A DNA stretch of 64,000 nt from an uncultured Gammaproteobacteria bacterium (GTDB lineage: Bacteria; Pseudomonadota; Gammaproteobacteria; Competibacterales; Competibacteraceae): contig CAVOGC010000008.1 in the NCBI GenBank assembly GCA_963695105.1, positions 16,030 to 80,029 of the forward strand. Direction: 5' to 3'. The notes under the pieces are model-generated. The model did no database searches and had not been told where the DNA came from. It saw only the letters and a program-made list of their open reading frames with translations. Below are positions 46,320 to 54,462 of this stretch, in pieces (positions within the stretch are counted from its first letter, which is position 1; every line of letters starts with the position of its first letter). A program made the translations under genes and the position numbers.

Positions 46320-47051
46320 ATGTTGGCTTCGAACTCACTCGAAACCCACCCCGCCATGCAACTTGAACCCCTCGCCATCACCGCCGAAGTCTTTCAGGTG
46401 GGCGGATACGGTTTGACCGCGCCCGAGGATGCCGCCATCTACCTGATCAACTTCGACGGTCACGCGGCGCTGGTGGACGCCGGCGGCGGTCGCCAACAGG
46501 CACGCCTGCTCGACCATCTTGCCATGGTGGGCGTGCTTCCCTCGCAAATTGAATACTTGCTGCTCACCCACTGCCATTACGACCACACCGGCGGCGCCCA
46601 TGGCTTGCGGGAATACCTGGGCTGCCCGGTGGTCGCCCACGAACTGGACGCCGTCTTTCTGGAAACCGGCGACGACGAAGTCACGGCGGCCGACTGGTAC
46701 GGCGTTCACCTGCATCCCTGCCCGGTGGACCGCCCCTTGCGTGGGCTGCGCCAGACGCTGCCTCTGGGCGGGCGCACCATTACCGCCTTGCACATCCCTG
46801 GCCACTCCCCCGGCTCGCTGGCCTATCTGATCGAATCCGAGGGCAAGCGAGTCGTGTTCGCCCAGGACGTACATGGGCCGCTGGACCCGGTCCGCCTGCG
46901 CTCCAACCGCGCCGATTACCTGGACTCGCTGGAACGGCTGCTGGCGCTGGGCGCGGACATTCTCTGCGAGGGGCATTACGGCATCTTTCGGAGTAAGCCG
47001 GTCGTGGCCCGCTTCATCCATTCATGTATGAACGCGGCCCTTGAACCATAG
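46320..47051 (+). CDS. MBL-fold metallo-hydrolase
   Basis: THCHYDHTGG (HxHxDH) and downstream His/Asp ligands; start may be ATG 46356. Confidence 0.75.
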   Translation: MLASNSLETHPAMQLEPLAITAEVFQVGGYGLTAPEDAAIYLINFDGHAALVDAGGGRQQARLLDHLAMVGVLPSQIEYLLLTHCHYDHTGGAHGLREYLGCPVVAHELDAVFLETGDDEVTAADWYGVHLHPCPVDRPLRGLRQTLPLGGRTITALHIPGHSPGSLAYLIESEGKRVVFAQDVHGPLDPVRLRSNRADYLDSLERLLALGADILCEGHYGIFRSKPVVARFIHSCMNAALEP

Positions 47052-47070
47052 CACCGCCGCGGTAAAACCG

Positions 47071-47685
47071 TCATGGCAACAGATCCAGCAGTTGCAGCGC
47101 GCGCCGCAGCGCCGTGCGGGTCGCCTCGTTGTTTTCCGGCGCCTGTGCCGCCTGCATCATGAATTCCCTGGTTTTTGGCGAATCCTGGGAATAGCGGCCG
47201 GTATTGGCGAACGCCCCGGTCGCCTTGTCCACCTCGCCCAGCGCCCCATACACCTGGCCCAGATTGAACCATGAGGATGCCCGCTCCGGCGCCAGCGAGA
47301 GCGCATACACCAATTGGTGCTCGGCGCGTTTGAACTGACCGAGCTTCAGTTGGGTATAGCCGAGGTTACCGCTGATCTCGGCGTCGGCGGGATCGGCCCG
47401 CTGAGCCTGCTGGAACGCGGTCAGGGCGGCGGAAAGATCGGTCCGCCGCAACGCCTCCAACCCTTCCCCGTTCAGGGCGCGGGCCTCCTTGACGTTTTGG
47501 CGTGCCGGCCGAGGCACGCTTTCCAACTGCCGCAGGGCCGCGTTCATCCCGGCCGTATCGTTCTTCGCCGACTGCGCCAGCATTTGCTGGACATACCCAA
47601 AAACCGCTTCGTACTGGCCGGCCCAGGCCGGCGCCATCACCGCCAACGCCACTATCAACGGCAGCATTTTCAATCGATTACACAT
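47071..47685 (-). CDS. TPR-repeat protein with signal peptide
   Basis: MCNRLKMLPLIVALAVMAPAWAGQ signal; TPR-like helical repeats (GNLGYTQLKLGQFKRAEHQLVYALSLAP..WFNLGQVYGALGE); C-terminal part of over-extended track ORF 47071..48420. Confidence 0.6.
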   Translation of the reverse strand: MCNRLKMLPLIVALAVMAPAWAGQYEAVFGYVQQMLAQSAKNDTAGMNAALRQLESVPRPARQNVKEARALNGEGLEALRRTDLSAALTAFQQAQRADPADAEISGNLGYTQLKLGQFKRAEHQLVYALSLAPERASSWFNLGQVYGALGEVDKATGAFANTGRYSQDSPKTREFMMQAAQAPENNEATRTALRRALQLLDLLP

Positions 47686-47759
47686 TGCCTTGCCCTCTCC
47701 GCTATCCATCCGCGCACCGACGGGTTCGCGTTGGCGCCACCGGTCCGCCCGGGATCGAC

Positions 47760-48500
47760 CTACTTCCGCCGTTGCAGGAACCGCGTCACTTCCAGCGCGA
47801 ACGATTCCGCGCGCCAGGTGTTGCTGGCGGTGACGTGAGTGGCGTAAGGCATCACCCACAACCCGCAGTTGGGAATCGCTCCGAACATTTCCAGGATCTG
47901 ATCCAGCGGCGCCACCGGGTCGCGGTCGCCGACCACGATCAGGGTCGGTTGAGCGATGTGGTCCAGAATCTCCAGATCGTGCGAATGATCGGTGGTGGCC
48001 GGCTCCAGTGCTTCCGACACCCGGCCGATCACCTCCTCCCAGGCATCCGGCCCGCCTTGCGGCTGGTGGACGTCGCTCAACCATTTGTGCATGCCGACCC
48101 CGCGCCAGTAGGCCGGATCGGCCATGTCGCGGGTACCGGAGTGGGTATCCTCGTCCTTGCGGTAGCCGACCCGGTACAGCACCAGCTTGCTCACCCGTTC
48201 GGGATGGTGGATGGCGAGCCACAGCGCCACCGCCCCGCCCAGCGAAGATCCAACCAGATGCGCCAGCGGCAACGCCAGTTCGTCCATCAACTCCAGCACC
48301 GCCCGACCCATGTCGCCGACGATCAGTTTCTCGGCGACCATCGGGCTGCGGCCGTGGCCGAGATGATCGGGCGCGACGACCCGGAAGTTGCGGGCGAACA
48401 ACGGGATTTGCGGCGTCCACTCCGCGCCGCTCATCCCGCCGCTGTGCAGCAGAATCAGCGGCTCGCCCTGGCCGTTTTCGATGTAGTGCAGGGTGGCCAT
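47760..48500 (-). CDS. alpha/beta hydrolase
   Basis: GSSLGG nucleophile elbow, HGxP-like LLHSGG; start ATG 48500 (MATLHYIENGQGEP). Confidence 0.75.
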   Translation of the reverse strand: MATLHYIENGQGEPLILLHSGGMSGAEWTPQIPLFARNFRVVAPDHLGHGRSPMVAEKLIVGDMGRAVLELMDELALPLAHLVGSSLGGAVALWLAIHHPERVSKLVLYRVGYRKDEDTHSGTRDMADPAYWRGVGMHKWLSDVHQPQGGPDAWEEVIGRVSEALEPATTDHSHDLEILDHIAQPTLIVVGDRDPVAPLDQILEMFGAIPNCGLWVMPYATHVTASNTWRAESFALEVTRFLQRRK

Positions 48501-48594
48501 GCCAACATCCTCCATTCGGTGGTGAACGCGGCGATTATAGCCACCCTTTGTCGCTTGCCGGATAATGACCCGGTCCTAATCAGGAGAACAATTC

Positions 48595-49446
48595 ATGGCG
48601 ATGCAATCCCGCTGCTACCGCGCACTCGGCCCTCACGGCTTCCACCGGGTTCACTACACCGAATGGGGCGATCCTCACAGCCCCAAGGTCTTGATCTGCG
48701 TTCACGGCCTGACCCGCACCGGCCGCGATTTCGACTTTCTGGCCGCCGCGCTGGAGCACGAATATCGGGTGATCTGCCCGGACGTGGTCGGGCGCGGCCA
48801 GAGCGACTGGCTGAACGACAAGAGCGATTACACCTATCCGCTCTACGTCAACGACATGGCCATGCTGCTGGCGCGGATCGACGCCGACCGGATCGACTGG
48901 ATCGGCACCTCGATGGGCGGGCTGATCGGCATTTTCCTGGCCAGTTACGCCGGTTCGCCGATCCACAAGCTGGTGATCAACGATATCGGCCCGCGCATTC
49001 CCGCCGCCGGCTTGCAGCGGATCGCGGTCTATGTCAGCCAAGTGGTGACTTTCGACAGCATCGAGAAGATGGAAAAATTCCTGCGCACCATCGCCGTCAC
49101 CTTCGGCAACCTGAGCGACGAACAATGGCGGCACATGACGATCCACAGCTCGCGACAACTGGAAGACGGCCGCTACACGCTGGCCTACGATCCCGGCATC
49201 GCCGAGAACTTCAAGAAGCTGGATTTGAAGGATATCGACCTGTGGCCGGTGTGGGACACCATTCATTGCCCGACCCTGGTGCTGCGTGGGGCACATTCCG
49301 ACGTACTGGACCACCCGGACGCCGTCGCCATGACTGAACGCGGCCCCAAGGCGAAACTGATCGAATTCCCCGGCATGGGCCACGCCCCGGCGCTGATGGC
49401 CGACGACCAGATCGCGGTGGTGCGCGACTGGCTGCTGGCGGATTGA
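48595..49446 (+). CDS. alpha/beta hydrolase
   Basis: GTSMGG nucleophile motif, ICVHGLTRTG, C-terminal GMGHAP. Confidence 0.75.
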   Translation: MAMQSRCYRALGPHGFHRVHYTEWGDPHSPKVLICVHGLTRTGRDFDFLAAALEHEYRVICPDVVGRGQSDWLNDKSDYTYPLYVNDMAMLLARIDADRIDWIGTSMGGLIGIFLASYAGSPIHKLVINDIGPRIPAAGLQRIAVYVSQVVTFDSIEKMEKFLRTIAVTFGNLSDEQWRHMTIHSSRQLEDGRYTLAYDPGIAENFKKLDLKDIDLWPVWDTIHCPTLVLRGAHSDVLDHPDAVAMTERGPKAKLIEFPGMGHAPALMADDQIAVVRDWLLAD

Positions 49447-49449
49447 GGC

Positions 49450-49614
49450 ATGCCGTGGCGCATCGCTGGGATCATTCTCCCGGTGTTCGCCGCCGCCGGC
49501 ATCGGCTGGTTGTACGCCCGCTGGAAACGGCCGGACCTTGCCCCCCTCAACCAGATCAACATGGACGTGCTGGCGCCGCTCCTGGTGTTCTGGGCGATCG
49601 AACCATCGCGTCTC
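49450..49614 (+). pseudogene. N-terminal fragment of an AEC-family (auxin efflux carrier-like) transporter
   Basis: MPWRIAGIILPVFAAAGIGWLYARWKRPDLAPLNQINMDVLAPLLVFWAI resembles AEC transporter N-termini; beyond about 49610 the ORF is just antisense of hlyIII. Confidence 0.4.
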
Positions 49615-50229
49615 ACGCGACAAAAAAAGAATCGTCACGTAATGACTGACGCTGCCGGCCAGCACGAACAAATGCCAGATGCCGTGAAAATGTCTGACCT
49701 TCTCGTCAAACACATAGAAAACCAGGCCAACGGTATAAAACAGGCCGCCCGCCAACAGCCAGATGAAGCCTTCCCATGGCAGGGCTTGCAGCAGCGGTTT
49801 GAGCGCCACCAACACCAACCAGCCCATCAGCACATAAACCACCAATGACAGGACGCGATTGCCTTTTTGGGGCAGCGATTCCAGCGCGATCCCCAACACC
49901 ACCAAACCCCAAATAATACCGAATATCGTCCAACCCCAACCGCCGCGCAGGGTGACCAGGGTAAAAGGGGTATAAGTGCCGGCGATCAGGAAATAAATCG
50001 AGTAATGATCCAGCTTGTGAAAAAACCGTTTTGCCCGACCGCGCAAGCTGTGATAAAGCGTGGAAACGGTGTAAAGCAGAAATAGAGTGGTTCCGTAAAC
50101 GCTGAAGCTCACGATCTTCCACGGATCGCCCTGCCGCGCCGCCACCACCACCACGACCACCAAACCCGCCAGCGCCGCCACCGCGCCGATCAAATGGCTA
50201 ATGCTATTAAAACGCTCACCCTTGTACAT
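49600..50229 (-). CDS. hemolysin III family (HlyIII/PAQR-like) membrane protein; as sequenced the frame stays open to 48580
   Basis: MYKGERFNSISHLIG..HYSIYFLIAGTYTPF..HGIWHLFVLAGSVSHY typical HlyIII; start ATG 50229; expected C-terminus near an A7 run (49611-49617). Confidence 0.7.
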
Positions 50230-50253
50230 ACACACCGCGCCTTGCGACCATTC

Positions 50254-50344
50254 CGAATCCCGAACCCCGAACCCCGAACCCCGAACCCCGAACCCCGAAC
50301 CCCGAACCCCGAACCCCGAACCCCGAACCCCGAACCCCGAACCC
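50254..50344. repeat. heptanucleotide microsatellite (CGAACCC)x12 perfect + 1 imperfect
   Basis: Direct read: cgaatcc cgaaccc x12; between stop of topB-recQ fusion (50345) and start of hlyIII (50229). Confidence 0.95.
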
Positions 50345-53300
50345 TCAACGCTTTCTGCCCCCGCTCCGTTTGCGCCGCGCCCCACTCTTGGCCGCCGCCT
50401 CCCGCAACCGCACCGCCCCCACCTCGCCGATACCCGCTTTCCGGCCCGCCTCGGTCAGATAAACCCGGCGGAAGGGAATCACCCTGCCGTCGCGACTGAA
50501 GGCGTCCTCGCGCAATTCGAGCAGACCGGCGCCGGTCATCGCCTCCAACAGTCGTTCGAACTCCCGCCGCTCGACCCCCTCCGTCAGCCTTTCGCACAAC
50601 TGCCGGGGCGTTTGACCCTCGCGCCAGCGTAGCGCGTCCAGCACCTGCAAGGCCCGTTCGCTCTCGACCCGATTCAGCCGGCGGGTGCGCCGGATCGTCG
50701 CCGCCTCCGGCGCGCACACGTCGCAGATCCCACAGGGCTGGTCGTCGTCCCGGTCGCCGAAATGCCGCACCAGCCGGACCATGCGGCAACCGGTCGCCTG
50801 ATCGGCAAAATCCAGAATCTGCTTCAACTCGCTCAGCTTGTGCTCACGCTGCCGCTGGTAGGGCGGACACCAGCCGTCCTCGCCGCGACTGAGGTTGCCC
50901 TCGACATCGCGCCGGGCGCCGCCATGCACCAGCAGCTTTTCCACGGCGGCATCGAACTCCTCCAGCGCCATGCCCGACCGGTCGCGCAACAGCACCCGGG
51001 GTTGAGGATCGCCGCCGAGCGCCTGAAAGATCGCCGCCAGCCGCTCCGGGTCGGGGTAGCCGCGCCGGAAGAAAAACTCGTGGGTGCGCAGATCGGCATA
51101 GGAATACAGCAGGATGGCGCGGGCCGGCTGACCGTCGCGCCCGGCGCGACCGATTTCCTGGTAATAACCCTCGACGCTGCCCGGCAGGGCGGTATGAATC
51201 ACGGTGCGGATATCCGGCTTGTCGATGCCCATGCCGAACGCGATGGTGGCGACGATCACCTGCAAGCGGCTGGCGCCGAACAACCCTTGCACCCGCTCGC
51301 GCTCCTGCGGCGTCATCCCGGCGTGATAGGCGGCAGCCGGATAATTCGCCCCCAGTTCCAGCGCCAGCAACTCGGTTTCCTTGCGAGTCGGCGCGTAGAC
51401 GATGGCGGGCCGGCGATCCGGATCGGCCAGCACCCGCCCGACCGCCGCATGCCGGTCGGCCATCGGCGTTTCCACCGTCTCGACCGCCAGATTGGCGCGA
51501 CGAAAGCCGTGGATGTAGCGCATCGCCTCCGGCATGTCGAGCTGGCGCACGATGTCGTCCTGCACCAGCACGGTGGCGGTCGCGGTCAGCGCGATCACCG
51601 GCGCCGGCCGCAACAGGGGCAAATGCCGGCCCAGCATCCGGTAGTCCGGGCGGAAATCGTGACCCCACTGCGAGATGCAGTGCGCCTCGTCGACCGCGAT
51701 CAGGGCCGGCTTGCGCTTGGCCAGCATTTCGGGAAAACCGGGCACGCTCAGCCGCTCCGGCGCAATGAACAGATAATCCAGTTGGCCCTGCAAATACTCG
51801 ACGCACACCTGACGCGACGTGGCCCGGTCGCGGCCGGAGTGGATGCGTTCGGCCCGCAGGCCCAGCTCGCACAATTTGGTGACCTGATCTTCCATCAGCG
51901 CGATCAGCGGCGAAACCACCAGCGTCGTCCCCGCCCGGGCGATGCCGGGCAACTGAAAGCACAGCGACTTGCCGGCGCCGGTCGGCATCACCAGCAACAC
52001 GTCCCGGCCCTCGGTCACGGTCCGGCACACCTGTTCCTGATACGGACGAAAGGCTGGCAAGCGAAACTCGCTGTGCAGCAACTCCAGCAGACGGTCCACC
52101 GGCACCGGTTCCCGTCGCGGCGCGGCTTCTCGACTCTCCCCTCCTCCATCGATGGCGAGGGGGTTGGAGGGTGAGATCGGCCGCGCCACCGCGAACGCCT
52201 GGACCACCGCTTCGCCGACGTAACCGGCGATGGCGGTCATGAACCCGTCCAGATCTCCCTCGCCGCGCTGGATGCGCTTCAGCCGCGCTTCCCACTCGCC
52301 GGTCATGATCGGGCTTTTAATCGGTGGCTGCACCGCCTGAATCAAGCCAATGCCGCGCTCGGTGGCGTTCAGCGCTTTGCCGTCGCGAGTCAGATACCGG
52401 CGTTTGAGCAAAGTTTCGATGATGTCGGCGCGGGTGGCCGGCGTGCCCAGCCCGCTGTCCTTCATCGCCGCCGACAGCTCCTTGTCCTCCAGAGCCCGGC
52501 CGGCGGTTTCCATCGCGGTGAGCAGGGCCGCTTCGGTCAGACGCGGCGGCGGCCGGGTCTGCTTGGCCAGCTCGCGGACGTCCAGCACCCGCAACGGCTG
52601 GCCAACGGTCAACCCCGGCGGCAGGCTTTGTTCGGCCTCGTTCTCCTCGGTTGCCGCGCCAGCCTTGGCCTTGGCCTTGCGCGTGCCGGCGGCTTTTTCC
52701 GCCGCCGGCACGGTTTGCACCTCCAATACCTTCCAACCGACCTGCTCCACCGCCGTGCCGCTGCTGTGATAGCGATCGACCACGATCACGCCATCCGCTT
52801 CGCTCGTGGCGATCGCGGTGATCAGCGTGGTCACCGCCCAGAGGTGATCGTCGTGCCAGGCCATCAACAACCGGCGGCAGATCAGGTCGTAAATTTTCCG
52901 CTCGTCGGCGCTCAAGGCGGCACGCGCCGGCAGCGGGGTGGGAATGATGGCGTGATGGTCGGTCACTTTGCCGTCGTCGACGAAGCGCTTGCCCAAGAGG
53001 CGCTGGCCGCAGCCCGGCCCCAACCGGTCCTGATAGGGTGGCTGGATCGCCGCGACCACCGCGCCCAGCGTCGCCGCGACCGCGCTGGACAGATGGCGGC
53101 TGTCGGTGCGCGGGTAGCTGATCAGCTTGTGCTGCTCGTACAGCTTCTGGGCGAGGTCCAGCGTGGTCTGGGCGCTGAAGCCGTATAGCCGGTTGGCGTG
53201 GCGCTGCAATTCGGTCAGGTCGTACAGCAGGGGCGGGGCGGCGCGGCGGGTTTCGGCGGTACGGGATTCGACGGCGGCCTTTCCCGTCTGGGCGCGGGCG

Positions 53301-54151
53301 ACGATGCGCCCGGCTTCCTCGCCGTCGGCGAGCAGGCGTTTGGCCTTGGGCTCGGGGCGTTCGCCGCGAAACCAGACGCCCTGGTAGCGCGGTTCCTTCT
53401 CTTCCGGCCACTCTCCCACAGGGAGAGCCCTCACCCCCAACCCCTCTCCCGCTGGCGGGAGAGAGGAGTTTTGGGGCGCGAAAGTCGCCACCACTTCCCG
53501 GTAATCTTCAGGCACGAAAGCGCGAATCGCCAGGTCCCGCTCCACCACCACCGCCAGGGTCGGGGTCTGCACCCGTCCAACCGACAGCGCCTCATCGCCC
53601 GGCGCGCCGCAGGCCAGGGTATAGGCCCGCGACAGATTCATGCCCACCAGCCAGTCGGCCTGACTGCGGCCGCGGGCGGCGGCGGCCAGCGGATCGAACT
53701 CGCAACTGTCGCGCAAATGCTGGAAGCCCTGGCGGATGGCGTCGGGGGTCAGCGAGGAAATCCACAGCCGGCTGAACGGCTTGCGGCAACCGGCGGCTTC
53801 GTAGAGATAACGGAAAATCAATTCGCCCTCGCGGCCGGCGTCGGTGGCGCAGATCACCCGCTCGATAGCCTCGTCGTTGAGGATGCGGCGGACCGCCTCA
53901 AACTGATCGCGGGTTTGCTCGCCGACCACCAGCGGCCAGCGTTCGGGCAGCAGTGGCAACAGTTCGCGCCGCCAGCGCTTCCAGGCCGGATCGATCTCGT
54001 GCGGCTCGGCCAACCGCACCAAATGACCGACCGCCCAGGTGACGACGTAGCCGTTACCGTGCAGGAAACCTTCGCCGCGCTGGCGGGCGCCCAGCACCTT
54101 GGCGATATCTCGGGCGACGGAAGGCTTTTCGGCAACGACCGCAATACTCAT
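50345..54151 (-). CDS. DNA topoisomerase III (TopB, type IA) fused in-frame to a full-length RecQ-family helicase
   Basis: Single uninterrupted 1271-codon ORF. N-terminal 640 aa collinear with E. coli TopB (AEKPSVARDIA, GHLVRLAEP, VGRVQTPTLAVVVERD, LISYPRTDSRHL, DHHAIIPT); C-terminal 590 aa is RecQ (FRPYQEQ, MPTGAGKSLCFQLP, DEAHCISQWGHDFRPDY, helicase C, RQC zinc motif CGICDVC). Start ATG 54151 (MSIAVV) overlaps stop of upstream receiver gene as ATGA; upstream ATG 54160 also possible. Confidence 0.8.
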   Translation of the reverse strand: MSIAVVAEKPSVARDIAKVLGARQRGEGFLHGNGYVVTWAVGHLVRLAEPHEIDPAWKRWRRELLPLLPERWPLVVGEQTRDQFEAVRRILNDEAIERVICATDAGREGELIFRYLYEAAGCRKPFSRLWISSLTPDAIRQGFQHLRDSCEFDPLAAAARGRSQADWLVGMNLSRAYTLACGAPGDEALSVGRVQTPTLAVVVERDLAIRAFVPEDYREVVATFAPQNSSLPPAGEGLGVRALPVGEWPEEKEPRYQGVWFRGERPEPKAKRLLADGEEAGRIVARAQTGKAAVESRTAETRRAAPPLLYDLTELQRHANRLYGFSAQTTLDLAQKLYEQHKLISYPRTDSRHLSSAVAATLGAVVAAIQPPYQDRLGPGCGQRLLGKRFVDDGKVTDHHAIIPTPLPARAALSADERKIYDLICRRLLMAWHDDHLWAVTTLITAIATSEADGVIVVDRYHSSGTAVEQVGWKVLEVQTVPAAEKAAGTRKAKAKAGAATEENEAEQSLPPGLTVGQPLRVLDVRELAKQTRPPPRLTEAALLTAMETAGRALEDKELSAAMKDSGLGTPATRADIIETLLKRRYLTRDGKALNATERGIGLIQAVQPPIKSPIMTGEWEARLKRIQRGEGDLDGFMTAIAGYVGEAVVQAFAVARPISPSNPLAIDGGGESREAAPRREPVPVDRLLELLHSEFRLPAFRPYQEQVCRTVTEGRDVLLVMPTGAGKSLCFQLPGIARAGTTLVVSPLIALMEDQVTKLCELGLRAERIHSGRDRATSRQVCVEYLQGQLDYLFIAPERLSVPGFPEMLAKRKPALIAVDEAHCISQWGHDFRPDYRMLGRHLPLLRPAPVIALTATATVLVQDDIVRQLDMPEAMRYIHGFRRANLAVETVETPMADRHAAVGRVLADPDRRPAIVYAPTRKETELLALELGANYPAAAYHAGMTPQERERVQGLFGASRLQVIVATIAFGMGIDKPDIRTVIHTALPGSVEGYYQEIGRAGRDGQPARAILLYSYADLRTHEFFFRRGYPDPERLAAIFQALGGDPQPRVLLRDRSGMALEEFDAAVEKLLVHGGARRDVEGNLSRGEDGWCPPYQRQREHKLSELKQILDFADQATGCRMVRLVRHFGDRDDDQPCGICDVCAPEAATIRRTRRLNRVESERALQVLDALRWREGQTPRQLCERLTEGVERREFERLLEAMTGAGLLELREDAFSRDGRVIPFRRVYLTEAGRKAGIGEVGAVRLREAAAKSGARRKRSGGRKR

Positions 54152-54462
54152 AACCGGCATGGGGCCGAAGCCGGCCGGCGGTCGTTCCCTCCGGTCCCGC
54201 TATCCGGTTCATGGAGAGCGCCCCGCGCCATGGCGATCTTGACAAACTCCTCGTCCGGGACCGCGCGGGAGAAATAGACACCCTGCCCGTACTTGCAGCC
54301 CAGGATCAGGTCACAGCCGGTCGTGGCAACCATCTGGAGCGCCTCCTCGCCGTTGTCCGCCGCCATCACGGCGAACCCGTCCCACTCCAGAGCCTTTCTG
54401 GCGAGCAGGCGCATCATGGGATCGTCGTCCGCCACCAGGACACTCGCCCTTCCGTTGTCCAT
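54148..54462 (-). CDS. degenerate single-domain response-regulator receiver (internally shortened, phosphoacceptor Asp absent)
   Basis: [54 protein letters not shown] then G instead of acceptor D and only about 8 residues before a beta5/alpha5-like GVYFSRAVPDEEFVKIA; ATG overlaps HK stop (ATGA). Confidence 0.55.
   Translation of the reverse strand: MDNGRASVLVADDDPMMRLLARKALEWDGFAVMAADNGEEALQMVATTGCDLILGCKYGQGVYFSRAVPDEEFVKIAMARGALHEPDSGTGGNDRRPASAPCRL

Noticed and set aside
47686-48420. N-terminal two thirds of track ORF 47071..48420
   Set aside because: Only the last 204 codons (TPR protein with its own signal peptide) look real; upstream part overlaps the alpha/beta hydrolase 47760..48500 in another frame.
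47502-49337. 611-aa plus-strand ORF
   Set aside because: Antisense to TPR protein and alpha/beta hydrolase (47760..48500), then shadow frame over the second hydrolase; no motifs.
50762-52174. 470-aa plus-strand ORF and 50844..52295 483-aa minus ORF
   Set aside because: Alternative frames inside the RecQ portion of the fusion gene; RecQ motifs are in the 50345..54160 frame only.
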